Positions 48,362-59,892 of a stretch of DNA of 64,000 nucleotides are shown here, piece by piece. The notes under the pieces are model-generated. The model searched no databases. It saw only the letters and a program-made list of their open reading frames with translations, and was not told the origin of the DNA. The first letter of the stretch is position 1; the number at the start of each line of letters is the position of its first letter. The stretch covers positions 1,948,161 to 2,012,160 of the forward strand of contig CBDDLH010000016.1 in the NCBI GenBank assembly GCA_965230565.1. The letters run 5' to 3'. This stretch comes from Saprospiraceae bacterium. Lineage in GTDB: Bacteria; Bacteroidota; Bacteroidia; Chitinophagales; Saprospiraceae. The position numbers were made by a program, and so were the translations under genes.

Positions 48362-51300
48362 TTGTATATTACAACCGCTTTAAACAAATCTATGATTATG
48401 CGTATCACCTATACTTTCCTCCTTGCGCTAATTTCATTTACATTATCTGCGCAAATTTCATTTACAGATCAATCATCCAATCTATTTTACCAGTTCGTCA
48501 ACAGCGGGGCTCCTATCGGAGTGGCTGACATGAACGGGGACGGACTTGATGATATTATTCGTCTAGACAATACCTCTACCCTGCGGTTTGATTATCAACC
48601 TGCCGTGGGAACAGCCTTTGCAGGTTACACCCACGGAGTATTACAAGGCACCCAATGGGGCATGTGCATTGCTGATGCTGACGAGAACGGGTATAATGAT
48701 TTCTTCACCGGCGGCGGATTCAACGGGCTAAAACTCCTGACAGCTGATAATTCAGGATCTTCTTACACCCTCAATACGATTTCTATTTTACCAATATTCC
48801 TGCAAACAGCCAATTTTGCTGACATTGATAATGATGGAGATTCAGATATTTTTGCGTGTAATGATGTTGGTCTGAGTCATGCTTACCGTAATGACGGTCC
48901 GGGTATCATGAATTACGATGATGAACTTATAAATACTGCTTCTACAGTCCCTTCTGATAACTCAGGCAACTATGGATCAGTCTGGACAGATTATGACAGT
49001 GACGGGGACCTCGACCTTTATATTTCCAAATGCCGCCAGGGAGTTACTGACCCTAACGACGGTCGTCGGATCAACCTTTTATTCCAGAATGACGGACAAG
49101 GTAACTATATCGACGTAGCCGAAGAAGCAGGTCTTATCCCTTACGGCCAATCCTGGGCAGCAGATTTCGCAGACATCGATAATGACGGAGACCTGGATTG
49201 CTTTGTGATCAATCATGATATTCCTTGTAACCTTTACATCAATAATGGTCTGAATTATTTTGAAGACCAGTTAAACACTTCCGGCCTGGCAACAGCACTG
49301 AGTACTGCAGGAAACGGAATCCAATGCAAATTTGTGGATTTTGACAACGATACTTATGTCGACCTGTTATATTCCACCAATGGTTCTGATCATTTGCTGT
49401 TCCGCAATAATGGTAACCAGACCTTTACAGAAGTAACCAACTGGATTATCACCGATGAAAGGATCCACAGTTTTGCAACAGGAGACCTCAACAATGACGG
49501 GTTTCAGGATTTTATCGCCGGATTCGGTAATGGATTCAACACTCCAAATGCACAGGTTTCTGATAAGTTATTCATCAATAGCGGGAATAACAACCACTAT
49601 TTTAAAGTAAGACTCGATGGCGTTTTTTCAAACGAAAATGGTATTGGTTCCAGGTTGGAACTTTACGGCCCGTGGGGTAAACAGATCCGGGAGATACGCT
49701 CCGGAGAAAGTTATGGAATCAACACCTCTTTGACTGCCCATTTTGGCCTCGGCGTTTTTACATCCATCGACAGTCTCATCGTCCGTTGGCCATCGGGATA
49801 TGTTGATAAGATAAACGTTCCGTCAATTGATCAGACATTTTTCCTTATTGAAGGAACCAATTGCGAAGCTATTGCGGATTTCAGCACAGAAGTAAACGGC
49901 AATACCGTGACCTTTACAGATCAAAGTTCGGGCGGTACCAATAACTGGTTCTGGAACTTCGGTGATGGCAACACTACTTTTGGGGCTAACCCGGTTCACA
50001 CCTATGCGACAGAAGGTATTTATGAAGTTTGTTTGTCTATCAATGGCGTTTGTGGATCTGACCAAATCTGCAAGGAAGTGAACGTCAATTGTCCCCTCCC
50101 CGAAATTGACTTTGTCACGGGAACCAATGGACTAACGGCCAATTTTACCGGAATCGTTTCCGGGCAGGCCAATTCATTTTTATGGGATTTTGGAGATGGA
50201 ACCGGACAAGCTGGTAGTAGCACGGCCACACATACTTTTAATGAGCCCGGCATTTACACCATTTGCTTTGAAGTTACCAATAACTGTGGCTCTTCTGAAG
50301 TTTGTAAAGATATACCTATTGGATGTACCCCACCCGCGGTGGGATTCAATGTTTCTGTCAATGAATTGACTCTTTCCTTCACAGACAATTCAAGTCCTGA
50401 TGTTACCGAATGGTTTTGGGAGTTCGGGGACGGAACCACCTCTACTGAGGAGAACCCGGTACATACTTATCCCGCACCGGGAACTTATCTGATTTGCCTG
50501 ACGGTTACTTCCAATTGCGGAACAAACCAGGTATGCGTTGAGGCTACACTCAACTGTACTCCGCCATCCGTAGGTTTTCAGGCTGCAATAAACCAATTAA
50601 CTATTGCTTTTACAGATACTTCAAGCCCGGATGTGACAAGTTGGTTTTGGGATTTTGGAGATGGCAATACCTCCACGGAACAAAACCCGGTGCACACCTA
50701 CGGGGCTGCAGGAACCTACACGGTGTGTCTGACCGTTACCAATGAGTGTGGTTCTACTGATCTCTGTTTTCCGTTCACGGTGAACTGCGCACCTCCTTCA
50801 CCTGGATTCCAGGCTTCAGTGAATCAACTTACCATTACTTTTACGGACACTTCAAGCCCGGATGTTACGAGTTGGCTCTGGGATTTTGGGGATGGCAATA
50901 CCTCTACGGAAGAAAATCCTGTACACACCTATGCCTCGGCAGGAACATATACTATTTGTCAGACAGTAACTTCCCCTTGTGGATCCTCCCAGGTATGTCT
51001 GCCAATTTCACTCAACTGTTCACCCCCAACAGCAGGATTCCAGGCGCAAATCAATCAACTAACGGTAACCTTCACCGACAATTCGAGTCCGGGTGTTACC
51101 GATTGGCTTTGGGATTTCGGGGATGGAACGACCTCTACTATGGAGAACCCTTCCCATACTTTCCCTGGAGCCGGAACATATACAGTTTGTCAAACGGTCA
51201 CCAATGACTGCGGTAGTAACACCGTTTGTTTACCAATCACAGTGAATTGTGCACCTCCTTCAGTAGGATTCCAGGCACAAACAGCTGGGCTTAGCGCCAA

Positions 51301-54300
51301 TTTCTTTAATACCTCCGGCAATGATGTCACCCAATTCCTGTGGGACTTTGGGGATGGAACGACTTCCACTGAAGAAAACCCGATGCATACTTTTCCTGCA
51401 CCGGGAACCTATAACGTATGCCTGACAGGAACGTCTGCCTGTGGTTCCTCCACGGTTTGCCTGGAAATCACCCTCAATTGTACCCCACCAACTGCAGCCT
51501 TCGGAGCACAAATCAACCAGTTAACCGTAGATTTTACGGACAGCTCCGGCCCAAATATTACCAGTTGGTTATGGAATTTTGGAGACGGAACAGCCTCTGT
51601 TTCCCAAAATCCGACGCATACTTTCCCTTCACCCGGAACCTATAATGTTTGCCTGACCGTTACGAATGATTGCGGCAGCAATACCGTTTGTTTACCGATA
51701 ACAGTGAACTGTGCCCCCCCATCCATTGGTTTCCAAACACAAACGAGCGGACTACTTGCCAACTTCTTTAACACTTCCGGAGGAGATGTGACTCAGTTTT
51801 TATGGGATTTTGGCGATGGATCCACTTCCACTGAAGAAAATCCTTCTCATACTTATGCAGCTCCGGGAACCTATACGGTTTGCCTCACGGGTACTTCCAT
51901 TTGTGGTTCATCTACCGCTTGTCTTGATGTTACCATTTCCTGTGCACCCCCTTCTGCCGGATTCCAGATCCAGACTAATAACCTGACCGTTACTTTAACG
52001 GATACTTCAGATCCGGATGTGACACAATGGTTCTGGGACTTTGGGGATGGTAATACCTCTACCATGCAGAATCCGGTACATACCTATGCCGTGCCCGGCA
52101 CTTATACCGTATGTCTGACAGTTACTTCTTCCTGCGGAAGTAACCTGGTTTGTTTGCCTGTAACTGTTTCCTGTGCACCTCCTTCTGCCGGATTCCAGGC
52201 TCAAACGAATAACCTGACCGTTACCCTGACAGACACCTCGAGCCCTGAGGTTACCCAATGGTTATGGGATTTTAATGATGGGACAACTTCCACAGAGCAA
52301 AATCCGGTGCATACGTATTCCTCACCCGGCACTTATATAGTATGTTTGACCGTCACCTCTGTTTGCGGTTCCAATCAGGTTTGCTTACCGGTTACTGTGG
52401 CATGTACGCCACCTTCCGTAGGATTTGATGTACAGGTTGATCAATTGACCGTTAGTCTGACGGACAACTCAAGCGACAATGTGGAACAATGGCTCTGGGA
52501 TTTTGGGGATGGTAATACTTCAACCATGCAAAACCCGGTGCATACCTATGCAGCTCCGGGAACTTATACTATTTGCCTGACCGTTACCAACTCCTGTTCT
52601 TCCAATCAAATATGTCTGGACGTAACAGTGAGCTGTGTGAATCCAACAGCCAGCTTCATTGTTCAAACCAATTTATCAACGGTGGCATTCACGGATTTCT
52701 CTGGTCCTGGCGTCACTCAATGGTTCTGGAATTTTGGAGATGGCACTACTTCTACAGAACAAAATCCGGTGCATACTTATACGGAGTCCGGCATATATAC
52801 GGTTTGTCTGGTAGTAACGAATGATTGCGGTTCAGCCCAATATTGTGAAGCTGTCCAGATTGATTGCCCGGGGCCGGTTGCAGGTTTCACCTTACAGTCG
52901 GATACCTATACGGTTACCTTTACGGATAATTCAGAGAATACCCCTGTAGCCTGGGCATGGGACTTTGGAGACGGCACCAATTCCTCCTTACAGAACCCGA
53001 CACATATTTATGCTCAAACCGGGAATTACACGGTCTGCCTGACCGTAATCAACGAATGTGGTCAGGATACCTATTGCCAGGAAATCACCGTTTCCTGTCC
53101 GGCACCACAGGCCATTTTCGGTCATCAGACCAATGGTTTTGCAGCACAGTTTAACGATATATCCCTGAACAATCCAACCAGCTGGTCCTGGAATTTCGGG
53201 GATGGCAATGTTTCCAATGAACAAAACCCGACCCATACCTACGCGATGGAAGGCATGTTTACGGTTTGTCTGACGGCAACCAATGAATGTGGTGAAAGCT
53301 CTTATTGTGAAACCATCACCATAACCTGTGATTCTCCGGATGCAGCCTTCAACTTTGATAACGTTAACCTGACGACCTCTTTTACAGATGTTTCTGCAAA
53401 CGAACCGACTTCATGGCAATGGGATTTTGGAGATGGAAATACTTCTACCCAACAAAGTCCGACACATACCTATTTTGCACCGGGAACCTATACGGTTTGT
53501 CTGACAGTCACCAACGAATGCGGATCTGATCAATTATGTATGCAAGTGACGATCACTTGTGATGTCCCGCAATCAGGGTTTATGTATCAGAGTGATGAGT
53601 TGACCACCAGTTTCCTCGACTTCTCTACCAACAATCCAACTTCATGGTTGTGGGACTTTGGTGACGGAACAACATCCACCATGCAAAACCCTACACATAC
53701 TTTCTCCTTGCCGGGAACCTATACGGTATGTCTTACAGCATCAAGCGTATGTGGAAGTAACCAATCCTGTCAGCAGGTGGTTATCACCTGTTCAGCACCA
53801 CAAGCAGGATTCGGTTTCCAGAGTAATGAACTGGCCGTCACCTTTACCGATAATTCTGCTAATAATCCAACCTCCTGGTTGTGGAATTTCGGAGATGGAA
53901 CTACATCAACCGTTCAGAACCCTGTACACACCTATGCGCTGCCGGGAACTTATACGGTTTGCCTCACAGTGTCTTCTATTTGTGGTAACACACAAATTTG
54001 TCAGCAGGTTAATACCAGTTGCCCGCCACCTAATGTAGGCTTTGAAGTACAGCTCAATGAACTGGCTGCAAGTTTTACCGATACTTCAGGAGATGATGTC
54101 ACCCAATGGTCCTGGGACTTTGGAGATGGCAATACTTCTACCATGGAAAATCCATCTCATACTTATGCTCTTCCTGGAACCTATGAGGTTTGCCTGACAG
54201 TCACCTCAGATTGTGGGTCATCGGAGGTTTGTCTTTCCATAACGGTTAGTTGTGGTTTACCTTCTGTTGGTTATTCAGCACAGATCAATGAGTTGACAAT

Positions 54301-55684
54301 TAATTTCACAGATACTTCAGATGATGACGTGACTGCCTGGCTATGGGATTTTGGCGATGGGAATACATCCACCATGCAAAACCCAACACACACTTACGCC
54401 CAACCCGGCACCTATATTGTTTGCCTTACCGGAACCTCCATATGTGGTTCCACCCAGGTTTGTCAGCAAATAACAGTGAATTGCAGTGCTCCGGTTGCAG
54501 CCTTTAGTACCAGCCAAAATCAGTTGTCGGTTGACTTCACAGATAATTCTGTAGGAGCCATCACCAGCTGGTCATGGGATTTTGGAGATGGAAACACTTC
54601 AACCATGCAAAACCCATCTCACACCTATGTAAATGCCGGAACCTACACCGTTTGCCTGACAGTGAGCAGTGTTTGTGGCACTGATGTATTCTGTCAAAGC
54701 ATTACGGTGAGTTGTCCTGCTCCGCAAGCAGGATTTGGATTTCAGTCGGATCAGCTTGTTACCACATTTACGGACAATTCCACCAATTCCCCAACCCAAT
54801 GGTTCTGGGATTTTGGTGATGGCAATTTCTCTACAGAACAGAATCCGATCCACACTTTTGCGGGACCAGGTGCATACACTGTATGCCTGACATCAGGTAA
54901 TAACTGCGGCAGCAACCAGACTTGTCAGCAAGTTATTGTAACCTGTTCTGCACCGCAAGCCGCCTTTTCAGCTGAGACGAATAATCTCACGGTCACTCTG
55001 ACAGATAATTCCACCAATAACCCGACCCAATGGCTCTGGGATTTTGGTGATGGGAATACTTCTAGCCTTGCTAACCCGGTACACGAATATGTGAACTCGG
55101 GGACCTATACCATTTGCCTCACCGTTTCCAGTCCTTGCGGTAATACCCAGACTTGTCAAACGGTAACGGTTGAATGTATAGCTCCGGATGCTATTTTTGC
55201 CATTAATGGCAGTGGACTGGAGCAGGTATTCCAGGATCTTTCAACCGGGAATCCTGAATCATGGTTATGGGACTTTGGGGACGGTGTTCTTTCCAACTTA
55301 CAGAACCCATTCCATACCTTTGCCGAGACAGGTAGTTATAACGTTTGTCTGACTGTTTCGAATGCCTGTGGAACGGACACAGATTGTCATTTGATCTTCC
55401 TCGTCAATGCTGTAGATGATCCTGAAGATTTCATGGAAATCACCCTGTCGCCTAATCCGGCAACAGACTTCATACAGCTTGATTTTGAGACAGAATTATC
55501 CTTCACAGCAGATATTTTCATCACTGATGTCAGTGGTAAGCTTTTTGCCCAATGGACTCAAGAACCTATAGGAGGAACCGTTGATAGAAAGACCATTGAT
55601 GTAGGTGATCTACCGGCTGGTTTGTATATGGTTGTGATCGATACACTCGAAGGACGGGTGGTCAAACAATTTGTAAGAATGTAG
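48362..55684 (+). CDS. Giant (2,440 aa) secreted protein: N-terminal FG-GAP/VCBS repeats + ASPIC/UnbV-like domain, about 24 tandem PKD domains, and a T9SS C-terminal sorting domain
   Basis: It has a signal peptide ([19 protein letters not shown]). Repeated DIDNDGDLD-type FG-GAP motifs and ...[10 protein letters not shown] (the UnbV_ASPIC signature) occupy the N-terminal region. About 24 units of roughly 88 aa, each with WDFGDG[NT]TSTE.NP.HTY...[12 protein letters not shown], follow. The C-terminus is [16 protein letters not shown]...[24 protein letters not shown]. Confidence 0.85.
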   Translation: MYITTALNKSMIMRITYTFLLALISFTLSAQISFTDQSSNLFYQFVNSGAPIGVADMNGDGLDDIIRLDNTSTLRFDYQPAVGTAFAGYTHGVLQGTQWGMCIADADENGYNDFFTGGGFNGLKLLTADNSGSSYTLNTISILPIFLQTANFADIDNDGDSDIFACNDVGLSHAYRNDGPGIMNYDDELINTASTVPSDNSGNYGSVWTDYDSDGDLDLYISKCRQGVTDPNDGRRINLLFQNDGQGNYIDVAEEAGLIPYGQSWAADFADIDNDGDLDCFVINHDIPCNLYINNGLNYFEDQLNTSGLATALSTAGNGIQCKFVDFDNDTYVDLLYSTNGSDHLLFRNNGNQTFTEVTNWIITDERIHSFATGDLNNDGFQDFIAGFGNGFNTPNAQVSDKLFINSGNNNHYFKVRLDGVFSNENGIGSRLELYGPWGKQIREIRSGESYGINTSLTAHFGLGVFTSIDSLIVRWPSGYVDKINVPSIDQTFFLIEGTNCEAIADFSTEVNGNTVTFTDQSSGGTNNWFWNFGDGNTTFGANPVHTYATEGIYEVCLSINGVCGSDQICKEVNVNCPLPEIDFVTGTNGLTANFTGIVSGQANSFLWDFGDGTGQAGSSTATHTFNEPGIYTICFEVTNNCGSSEVCKDIPIGCTPPAVGFNVSVNELTLSFTDNSSPDVTEWFWEFGDGTTSTEENPVHTYPAPGTYLICLTVTSNCGTNQVCVEATLNCTPPSVGFQAAINQLTIAFTDTSSPDVTSWFWDFGDGNTSTEQNPVHTYGAAGTYTVCLTVTNECGSTDLCFPFTVNCAPPSPGFQASVNQLTITFTDTSSPDVTSWLWDFGDGNTSTEENPVHTYASAGTYTICQTVTSPCGSSQVCLPISLNCSPPTAGFQAQINQLTVTFTDNSSPGVTDWLWDFGDGTTSTMENPSHTFPGAGTYTVCQTVTNDCGSNTVCLPITVNCAPPSVGFQAQTAGLSANFFNTSGNDVTQFLWDFGDGTTSTEENPMHTFPAPGTYNVCLTGTSACGSSTVCLEITLNCTPPTAAFGAQINQLTVDFTDSSGPNITSWLWNFGDGTASVSQNPTHTFPSPGTYNVCLTVTNDCGSNTVCLPITVNCAPPSIGFQTQTSGLLANFFNTSGGDVTQFLWDFGDGSTSTEENPSHTYAAPGTYTVCLTGTSICGSSTACLDVTISCAPPSAGFQIQTNNLTVTLTDTSDPDVTQWFWDFGDGNTSTMQNPVHTYAVPGTYTVCLTVTSSCGSNLVCLPVTVSCAPPSAGFQAQTNNLTVTLTDTSSPEVTQWLWDFNDGTTSTEQNPVHTYSSPGTYIVCLTVTSVCGSNQVCLPVTVACTPPSVGFDVQVDQLTVSLTDNSSDNVEQWLWDFGDGNTSTMQNPVHTYAAPGTYTICLTVTNSCSSNQICLDVTVSCVNPTASFIVQTNLSTVAFTDFSGPGVTQWFWNFGDGTTSTEQNPVHTYTESGIYTVCLVVTNDCGSAQYCEAVQIDCPGPVAGFTLQSDTYTVTFTDNSENTPVAWAWDFGDGTNSSLQNPTHIYAQTGNYTVCLTVINECGQDTYCQEITVSCPAPQAIFGHQTNGFAAQFNDISLNNPTSWSWNFGDGNVSNEQNPTHTYAMEGMFTVCLTATNECGESSYCETITITCDSPDAAFNFDNVNLTTSFTDVSANEPTSWQWDFGDGNTSTQQSPTHTYFAPGTYTVCLTVTNECGSDQLCMQVTITCDVPQSGFMYQSDELTTSFLDFSTNNPTSWLWDFGDGTTSTMQNPTHTFSLPGTYTVCLTASSVCGSNQSCQQVVITCSAPQAGFGFQSNELAVTFTDNSANNPTSWLWNFGDGTTSTVQNPVHTYALPGTYTVCLTVSSICGNTQICQQVNTSCPPPNVGFEVQLNELAASFTDTSGDDVTQWSWDFGDGNTSTMENPSHTYALPGTYEVCLTVTSDCGSSEVCLSITVSCGLPSVGYSAQINELTINFTDTSDDDVTAWLWDFGDGNTSTMQNPTHTYAQPGTYIVCLTGTSICGSTQVCQQITVNCSAPVAAFSTSQNQLSVDFTDNSVGAITSWSWDFGDGNTSTMQNPSHTYVNAGTYTVCLTVSSVCGTDVFCQSITVSCPAPQAGFGFQSDQLVTTFTDNSTNSPTQWFWDFGDGNFSTEQNPIHTFAGPGAYTVCLTSGNNCGSNQTCQQVIVTCSAPQAAFSAETNNLTVTLTDNSTNNPTQWLWDFGDGNTSSLANPVHEYVNSGTYTICLTVSSPCGNTQTCQTVTVECIAPDAIFAINGSGLEQVFQDLSTGNPESWLWDFGDGVLSNLQNPFHTFAETGSYNVCLTVSNACGTDTDCHLIFLVNAVDDPEDFMEITLSPNPATDFIQLDFETELSFTADIFITDVSGKLFAQWTQEPIGGTVDRKTIDVGDLPAGLYMVVIDTLEGRVVKQFVRM

Positions 55685-55859
55685 CACAGGTTTCAACCTG
55701 TTAATCGCCAATGACGGGCAATACTATTTTTTCGAAAAATAGTATTGCTTGCGTTGGCCGGATCGGCTATTTTGAAGTTAAAACTAAACCCACAAAGGCA
55801 AAAAATGTGTACCTTGCGCCTTTTAATGACAACGACTCAAATCAAAATTTAATTTTAAT

Positions 55860-56787
55860 GAAAAAATTGATGTATTTGCTGCCTTTCGTTCTCGGGCTGG
55901 CAGCTTGTAACGGCGGCGGTTCCGGTAGTGCAGAACTAAGCACTGAACAGGATAGTATTTCCTATTCTTTAGGTGCCTATTGGATGGAACAGATGAAATC
56001 ACAGGGTATTGTGCTCGACCCTGAAAGAACTCATGAAGGATATGTAGATGTACAGAATGAAGAAGGTATGAGCAAAGAAGAATATACTGCATTCCTGATG
56101 AATTTTTCTCAGGAAATGGGTATGAGACAGGGCGTTCCTATCACAGAAGATTCGCCCCTTGCCACTAATCTGGATACACTTTCCTATGCCATTGGCGCTG
56201 ATTTCAGCGAACGCCTTAAAAGCAATGACATGGAGATTAATTCGGATGCCTTCCTGCAGGGAGGTAAAGATTTCTTCACAGAGGAAGGTCCAAAGATTGA
56301 TCTGGCCGGAAGACAAGGACATATCATGACTTTCTCACAGCAGATGAATGAGAAGCAAATGGCTAAGATGGAAGCTGAAGGTGAAGAAAACATCAAAATT
56401 GGTGAAGAATTTCTCGCTGAAAATGCCACTAAAGAGGGTGTAAATACCACTGACAGCGGCCTGCAGTATAAAGTAATTACTGAAGGTGCTGGTCCAAGCC
56501 CTGCAGCTACGGATATTGTAAAGGTACACTATGAAGGTCGTCTTTTGGACGGGACTGTTTTTGACAGTTCATATGAAAGAGGCGAACCTATTGAGTTTGC
56601 CCTCAACAGAGTTATCCCGGGTTGGACTGAAGGTTTGCAACTCATGAATGTCGGAGCAAAATATCAGTTGTACATTCCTTCCGGACTTGCTTACGGAAAA
56701 CGTGGTTCAGCACCAAAAATCGGTTCCAACGAAACATTGATCTTCGATGTTGAACTGTTAGAATTCAAGGCTGAGTCTGAGCAGTAA
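55860..56787 (+). CDS. FKBP-type peptidyl-prolyl cis-trans isomerase lipoprotein (FkpA/Mip-like)
   Basis: The start is set at MKKLMYLLPFVLGLAACNGG (lipobox). A C-terminal FKBP domain (VKVHYEGRLLDGTVFDSSYERGEPIEFALNRVIPGWTEGLQLM...LIFDVELLEF) is present. Confidence 0.85.
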
Positions 56788-56795
56788 GATTTTGC

Positions 56796-56828
56796 AAAAA
56801 AGCCATTCCAATCGGGATGGCTTTTTTG
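56796..56828 (+). terminator. Rho-independent terminator after the FKBP gene
   Basis: AAAAAA-GCCATTCC-aatcg-GGATGGC-TTTTTTG. Confidence 0.65.
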
Positions 56829-56856
56829 TTTCAGGGTTTGAGTGCTCGCTTTGCTC

Positions 56857-56964
56857 CATTTGAACTCATTTAATTCATTGAACCCCTGGAACTCTTTAAA
56901 CACTTTGAACTACTGGAACCCTTTGAACTCTTTGAACCCTTTGAACAACCCGAACCCCGAACCC
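56857..56964. repeat. Degenerate 9-bp tandem repeat (NNYTKGAAC), about 12 copies
   Basis: The array reads catttgaac tcatttaat tcattgaac ccctggaac tctttaaac actttgaac tactggaac cctttgaac tctttgaac cctttgaac aacccgaac cccgaac. Confidence 0.85.
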
Positions 56965-57040
56965 ATTTTTTTCCTACAAACCTCTTTCCACTTTAATCTT
57001 TTCCACTTAAATTTGGTTTACTCTTAAAACACCCATTGCA

Positions 57041-58135
57041 ATGATAGGATTGAGATTTACCAAGTTCATTCCGGAGGAAGATAACCGTACGCCTTTTGAG
57101 CGGCTTTTAGAACTGTTCCTCGAGTTGATGGTATATACTTCAGGGGATGTGGAAGAGGCGCTGGAATGGATGGAACAAATAGATCAGGAACACAATATTA
57201 CCACTCCGGATTATACACTGGAAGATTTCAGAAAAGATTTGGAACGTCAGTCTTTTATTCAAAATGATGGTACCGGAGGACAGAAGTTAAGCGGTAAGGG
57301 AGAACGTATTATTCGTAAAAGAGCACTGGAGCAGATCTTCGGCAAACTCAAACGAGACGGCGGCGGAAATCATCGCAGTCCGATTCCCGGTCGCGGAGAT
57401 GAACAAACCGCCGGAAGAAAACCTTACCAATTTGGTGACAACCTCAGCCATATCGACTTCACATCCAGCATCCAAAATGCACAGATGCGCAACGGTTTCG
57501 ATTCATTCAATCTCCAAGAAGATGATCTGGAGGTTATTGAAACCGAACACAAATCTCAAATGGCCACGGTGCTCATGATCGATATTTCCCATTCCATGAT
57601 CTTATATGGAGAAGACCGGATCACTCCCGCCAAAAAAGTGGCTATGGCCCTGGCAGAGCTGATCACCACACGTTATCCAAAAGATACGCTTGATGTGGTA
57701 GTCTTCGGAAACGACGCCTGGCAGGTGCAAATCAAAGACCTCCCCTATTTACAGGTAGGACCTTTCCATACTAATACCGTTGCCGGTTTGGAGCTGGCCA
57801 TGGATATTTTGCGTAAGCGAAAAATGCGCAACAAACAAATTTTCATGATCACGGACGGTAAGCCCACCTGTCTGAAACAAAAGGACGGAAGTTATTATAA
57901 AAACAGTATGGGCCACGATCCCAGGATCATCAATAAAACCATCAACCTTGCCATTCAATGCAGGAAACTTCGCATCCCGATCACAACATTTATGATCGCA
58001 CACGATCCTTACCTGCAAAAATTCGTGGAAGACTTCACTGAGGCCAATAAAGGCAAGGCATTTTATTCTGGATTACAAGGACTTGGTCAGTTCATTTTTG
58101 CTGACTATGAAAAAAATAAAAGACGTAGAAGATGA
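57041..58135 (+). CDS. vWA-domain protein (CoxE/BchD-C-terminal-like, MIDAS DxSxS)
   Basis: It has the MIDAS motif MIDISHSM plus downstream ...FMITDGKPT. The stop overlaps the start of the next gene by 4 nt. Confidence 0.7.
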   Translation: MIGLRFTKFIPEEDNRTPFERLLELFLELMVYTSGDVEEALEWMEQIDQEHNITTPDYTLEDFRKDLERQSFIQNDGTGGQKLSGKGERIIRKRALEQIFGKLKRDGGGNHRSPIPGRGDEQTAGRKPYQFGDNLSHIDFTSSIQNAQMRNGFDSFNLQEDDLEVIETEHKSQMATVLMIDISHSMILYGEDRITPAKKVAMALAELITTRYPKDTLDVVVFGNDAWQVQIKDLPYLQVGPFHTNTVAGLELAMDILRKRKMRNKQIFMITDGKPTCLKQKDGSYYKNSMGHDPRIINKTINLAIQCRKLRIPITTFMIAHDPYLQKFVEDFTEANKGKAFYSGLQGLGQFIFADYEKNKRRRR

Positions 58136-59613
58136 GTCAAATCGAACAAATTAAAACACTCGGTGATCTAAAAGCATCAGGTTATACCTCCCGCTCTGTC
58201 AAAGAGGAGATGCGTGATAACCTGATCCAAAAACTTCGCTCGGGTGAGCCTGTCTTTACAGGTATTTTGGGTTATGAACACAGTGTGATTCCACAACTGG
58301 AAAGAGCAATTCTTTCCGGGCACAACATAAACTTCCTTGGACTTAGAGGACAGGCCAAAACAAAAATGGCCCGTAAGCTTGTCGAATTACTGGATGAGTA
58401 TATGCCAATCGTTGCCGGTTCCGAGATCAATGACGACCCACTGAAACCACTGTCTCTGAAAGCCAGGAAACTCATTGAAGAGATGGGTGACAACACTCCT
58501 GTCGAATGGGTACACAGGTCAATGCGGTATACGGAAAAGCTGGCAACACCGGATGTAAATGTAGCCGACCTGATTGGAGATATTGACCCCATTAAGGCTG
58601 CCAACCTGAGGCTGAGTTATGCCGATGAGGAAGTAATACATTTCGGACTGGTACCACGGTCCAACAGGGGAATTTTTGTGATCAATGAGTTGCCCGACCT
58701 ACAGGCGAGAATTCAGGTGGCATTATTCAATATCCTTCAGGAAAGCGATATTCAGATCCGTGGTTTCAAGCTGCGTTTCCCCTTAGATGTGCATTTTGTA
58801 TTCACCGCCAACCCGGAAGATTATACCAACAGGGGATCTATTATCACTCCGTTAAAGGATAGGATTCAAAGTCAGATCTTCACCCATTATCCGGGCAGTA
58901 TAGAGATCGGTCGCAAGATCACGGAACAGGAAGTCAGGCTAGCAGAGCCTCAGCAGAAGGTCATTGTTCCAGACCTTATTGCGAGGCTTATCGAACAGAT
59001 TGCCATCGAGGCGAGAAGCAGTGAATTTGTGGATGAGAAAAGTGGTGTTTCTGCCCGTTTGCCTATTTCCGCATACGAAAGTGTAGTAAGCGCAGTAGAA
59101 CGTCGGATGATTCTCAATAATGAAAAATCAGGCATGGCCAGGGTCAGCGATCTCAACGCTACCATTCCTGCGATTGTCGGGAAGATAGAAATGGTATATG
59201 AGGGAGAGCAGGAAGGAGCTGTTAATGTTGCACTCAAACTCATTTCAGAAGCCATCAAATCTTTAGCGCCCGAATACTTCAAAGGCATTGACCGTTTGAA
59301 GTCCAGTACAGGTACCAATCCGGCTTCACAATATGAGGAAATTACTTCCTGGTTTGAAAATGGAGGAGAAATTGATCTGTTGAATGATGCGCCTGTCAAA
59401 ACCTATGAAAAAGAACTCAATAAGGTTGACGGGCTTAAGAAGACCGTTCAGCTCATGACCGATACAAAAGGCGCAGATGCTTCCCTGCTGATGGAATTCT
59501 TATTACACGTGCTTGCTGAACATTCTTTACTGGATAAACGGATGCTGGAAGTGAGTTACCGCTTCCAGGATTATTTCAACTCTGTCATTAAAGGACTGGG
59601 GAGGGATAATTAA
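58132..59613 (+). CDS. Mg-chelatase ChlI/BchI-like AAA+ ATPase with a non-canonical P-loop (GLRGQAKT)
   Basis: It aligns by eye with the ChlI core (ILGYEHSVIPQLERAIL...; SNRGIFVINELPDL...ALFNILQE; VHFVFTANPED...TPLKDRIQSQIF). The Walker A carries Ala where the second conserved Gly is expected. Confidence 0.7.
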   Translation: MSQIEQIKTLGDLKASGYTSRSVKEEMRDNLIQKLRSGEPVFTGILGYEHSVIPQLERAILSGHNINFLGLRGQAKTKMARKLVELLDEYMPIVAGSEINDDPLKPLSLKARKLIEEMGDNTPVEWVHRSMRYTEKLATPDVNVADLIGDIDPIKAANLRLSYADEEVIHFGLVPRSNRGIFVINELPDLQARIQVALFNILQESDIQIRGFKLRFPLDVHFVFTANPEDYTNRGSIITPLKDRIQSQIFTHYPGSIEIGRKITEQEVRLAEPQQKVIVPDLIARLIEQIAIEARSSEFVDEKSGVSARLPISAYESVVSAVERRMILNNEKSGMARVSDLNATIPAIVGKIEMVYEGEQEGAVNVALKLISEAIKSLAPEYFKGIDRLKSSTGTNPASQYEEITSWFENGGEIDLLNDAPVKTYEKELNKVDGLKKTVQLMTDTKGADASLLMEFLLHVLAEHSLLDKRMLEVSYRFQDYFNSVIKGLGRDN

Positions 59614-59758
59614 CCTAAGTTGCGATCAACCGCCACTTAGCAATTTTCAACCAACAGTAAAAATCACCTAAAAAACGGAGCATTTTTGTTGATTGAAAAC
59701 CGGCATTTGTTTTTTGCTCAAGTCTCAAGGAGGCGAGTCCTCGTCGAATCTGAGATTT

Positions 59759-59802
59759 TGGCTTAGTGACGGCCTGACTCAGAGTCAGGCCGTCACTAAG
59801 CC
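59759..59802. repeat. REP-like palindrome, second copy (20-bp arms), between convergent genes
   Basis: The sequence is ggcttagtgacggcctgact-cag-agtcaggccgtcactaagcc. The core agtgacggcctgactNagagtcaggccgtcact is identical to 6475-6511 except for the loop base. Confidence 0.8.
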
Positions 59803-59892
59803 ACCCCCTATATATAAAGCCACGAAATATGAAAACGTGACATCCTTTTCAGCATAAATTTAAAAACTTTAACTTTTTTAAGCCAAAAAGCC

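Noticed and set aside
56842-57027. Plus-strand 61-aa ORF with an LNS/LNP repeat
   Set aside because: It arises from the 9-bp GAAC repeat and sits in a terminator-to-promoter spacer. It is kept as a repeat feature, not a CDS.
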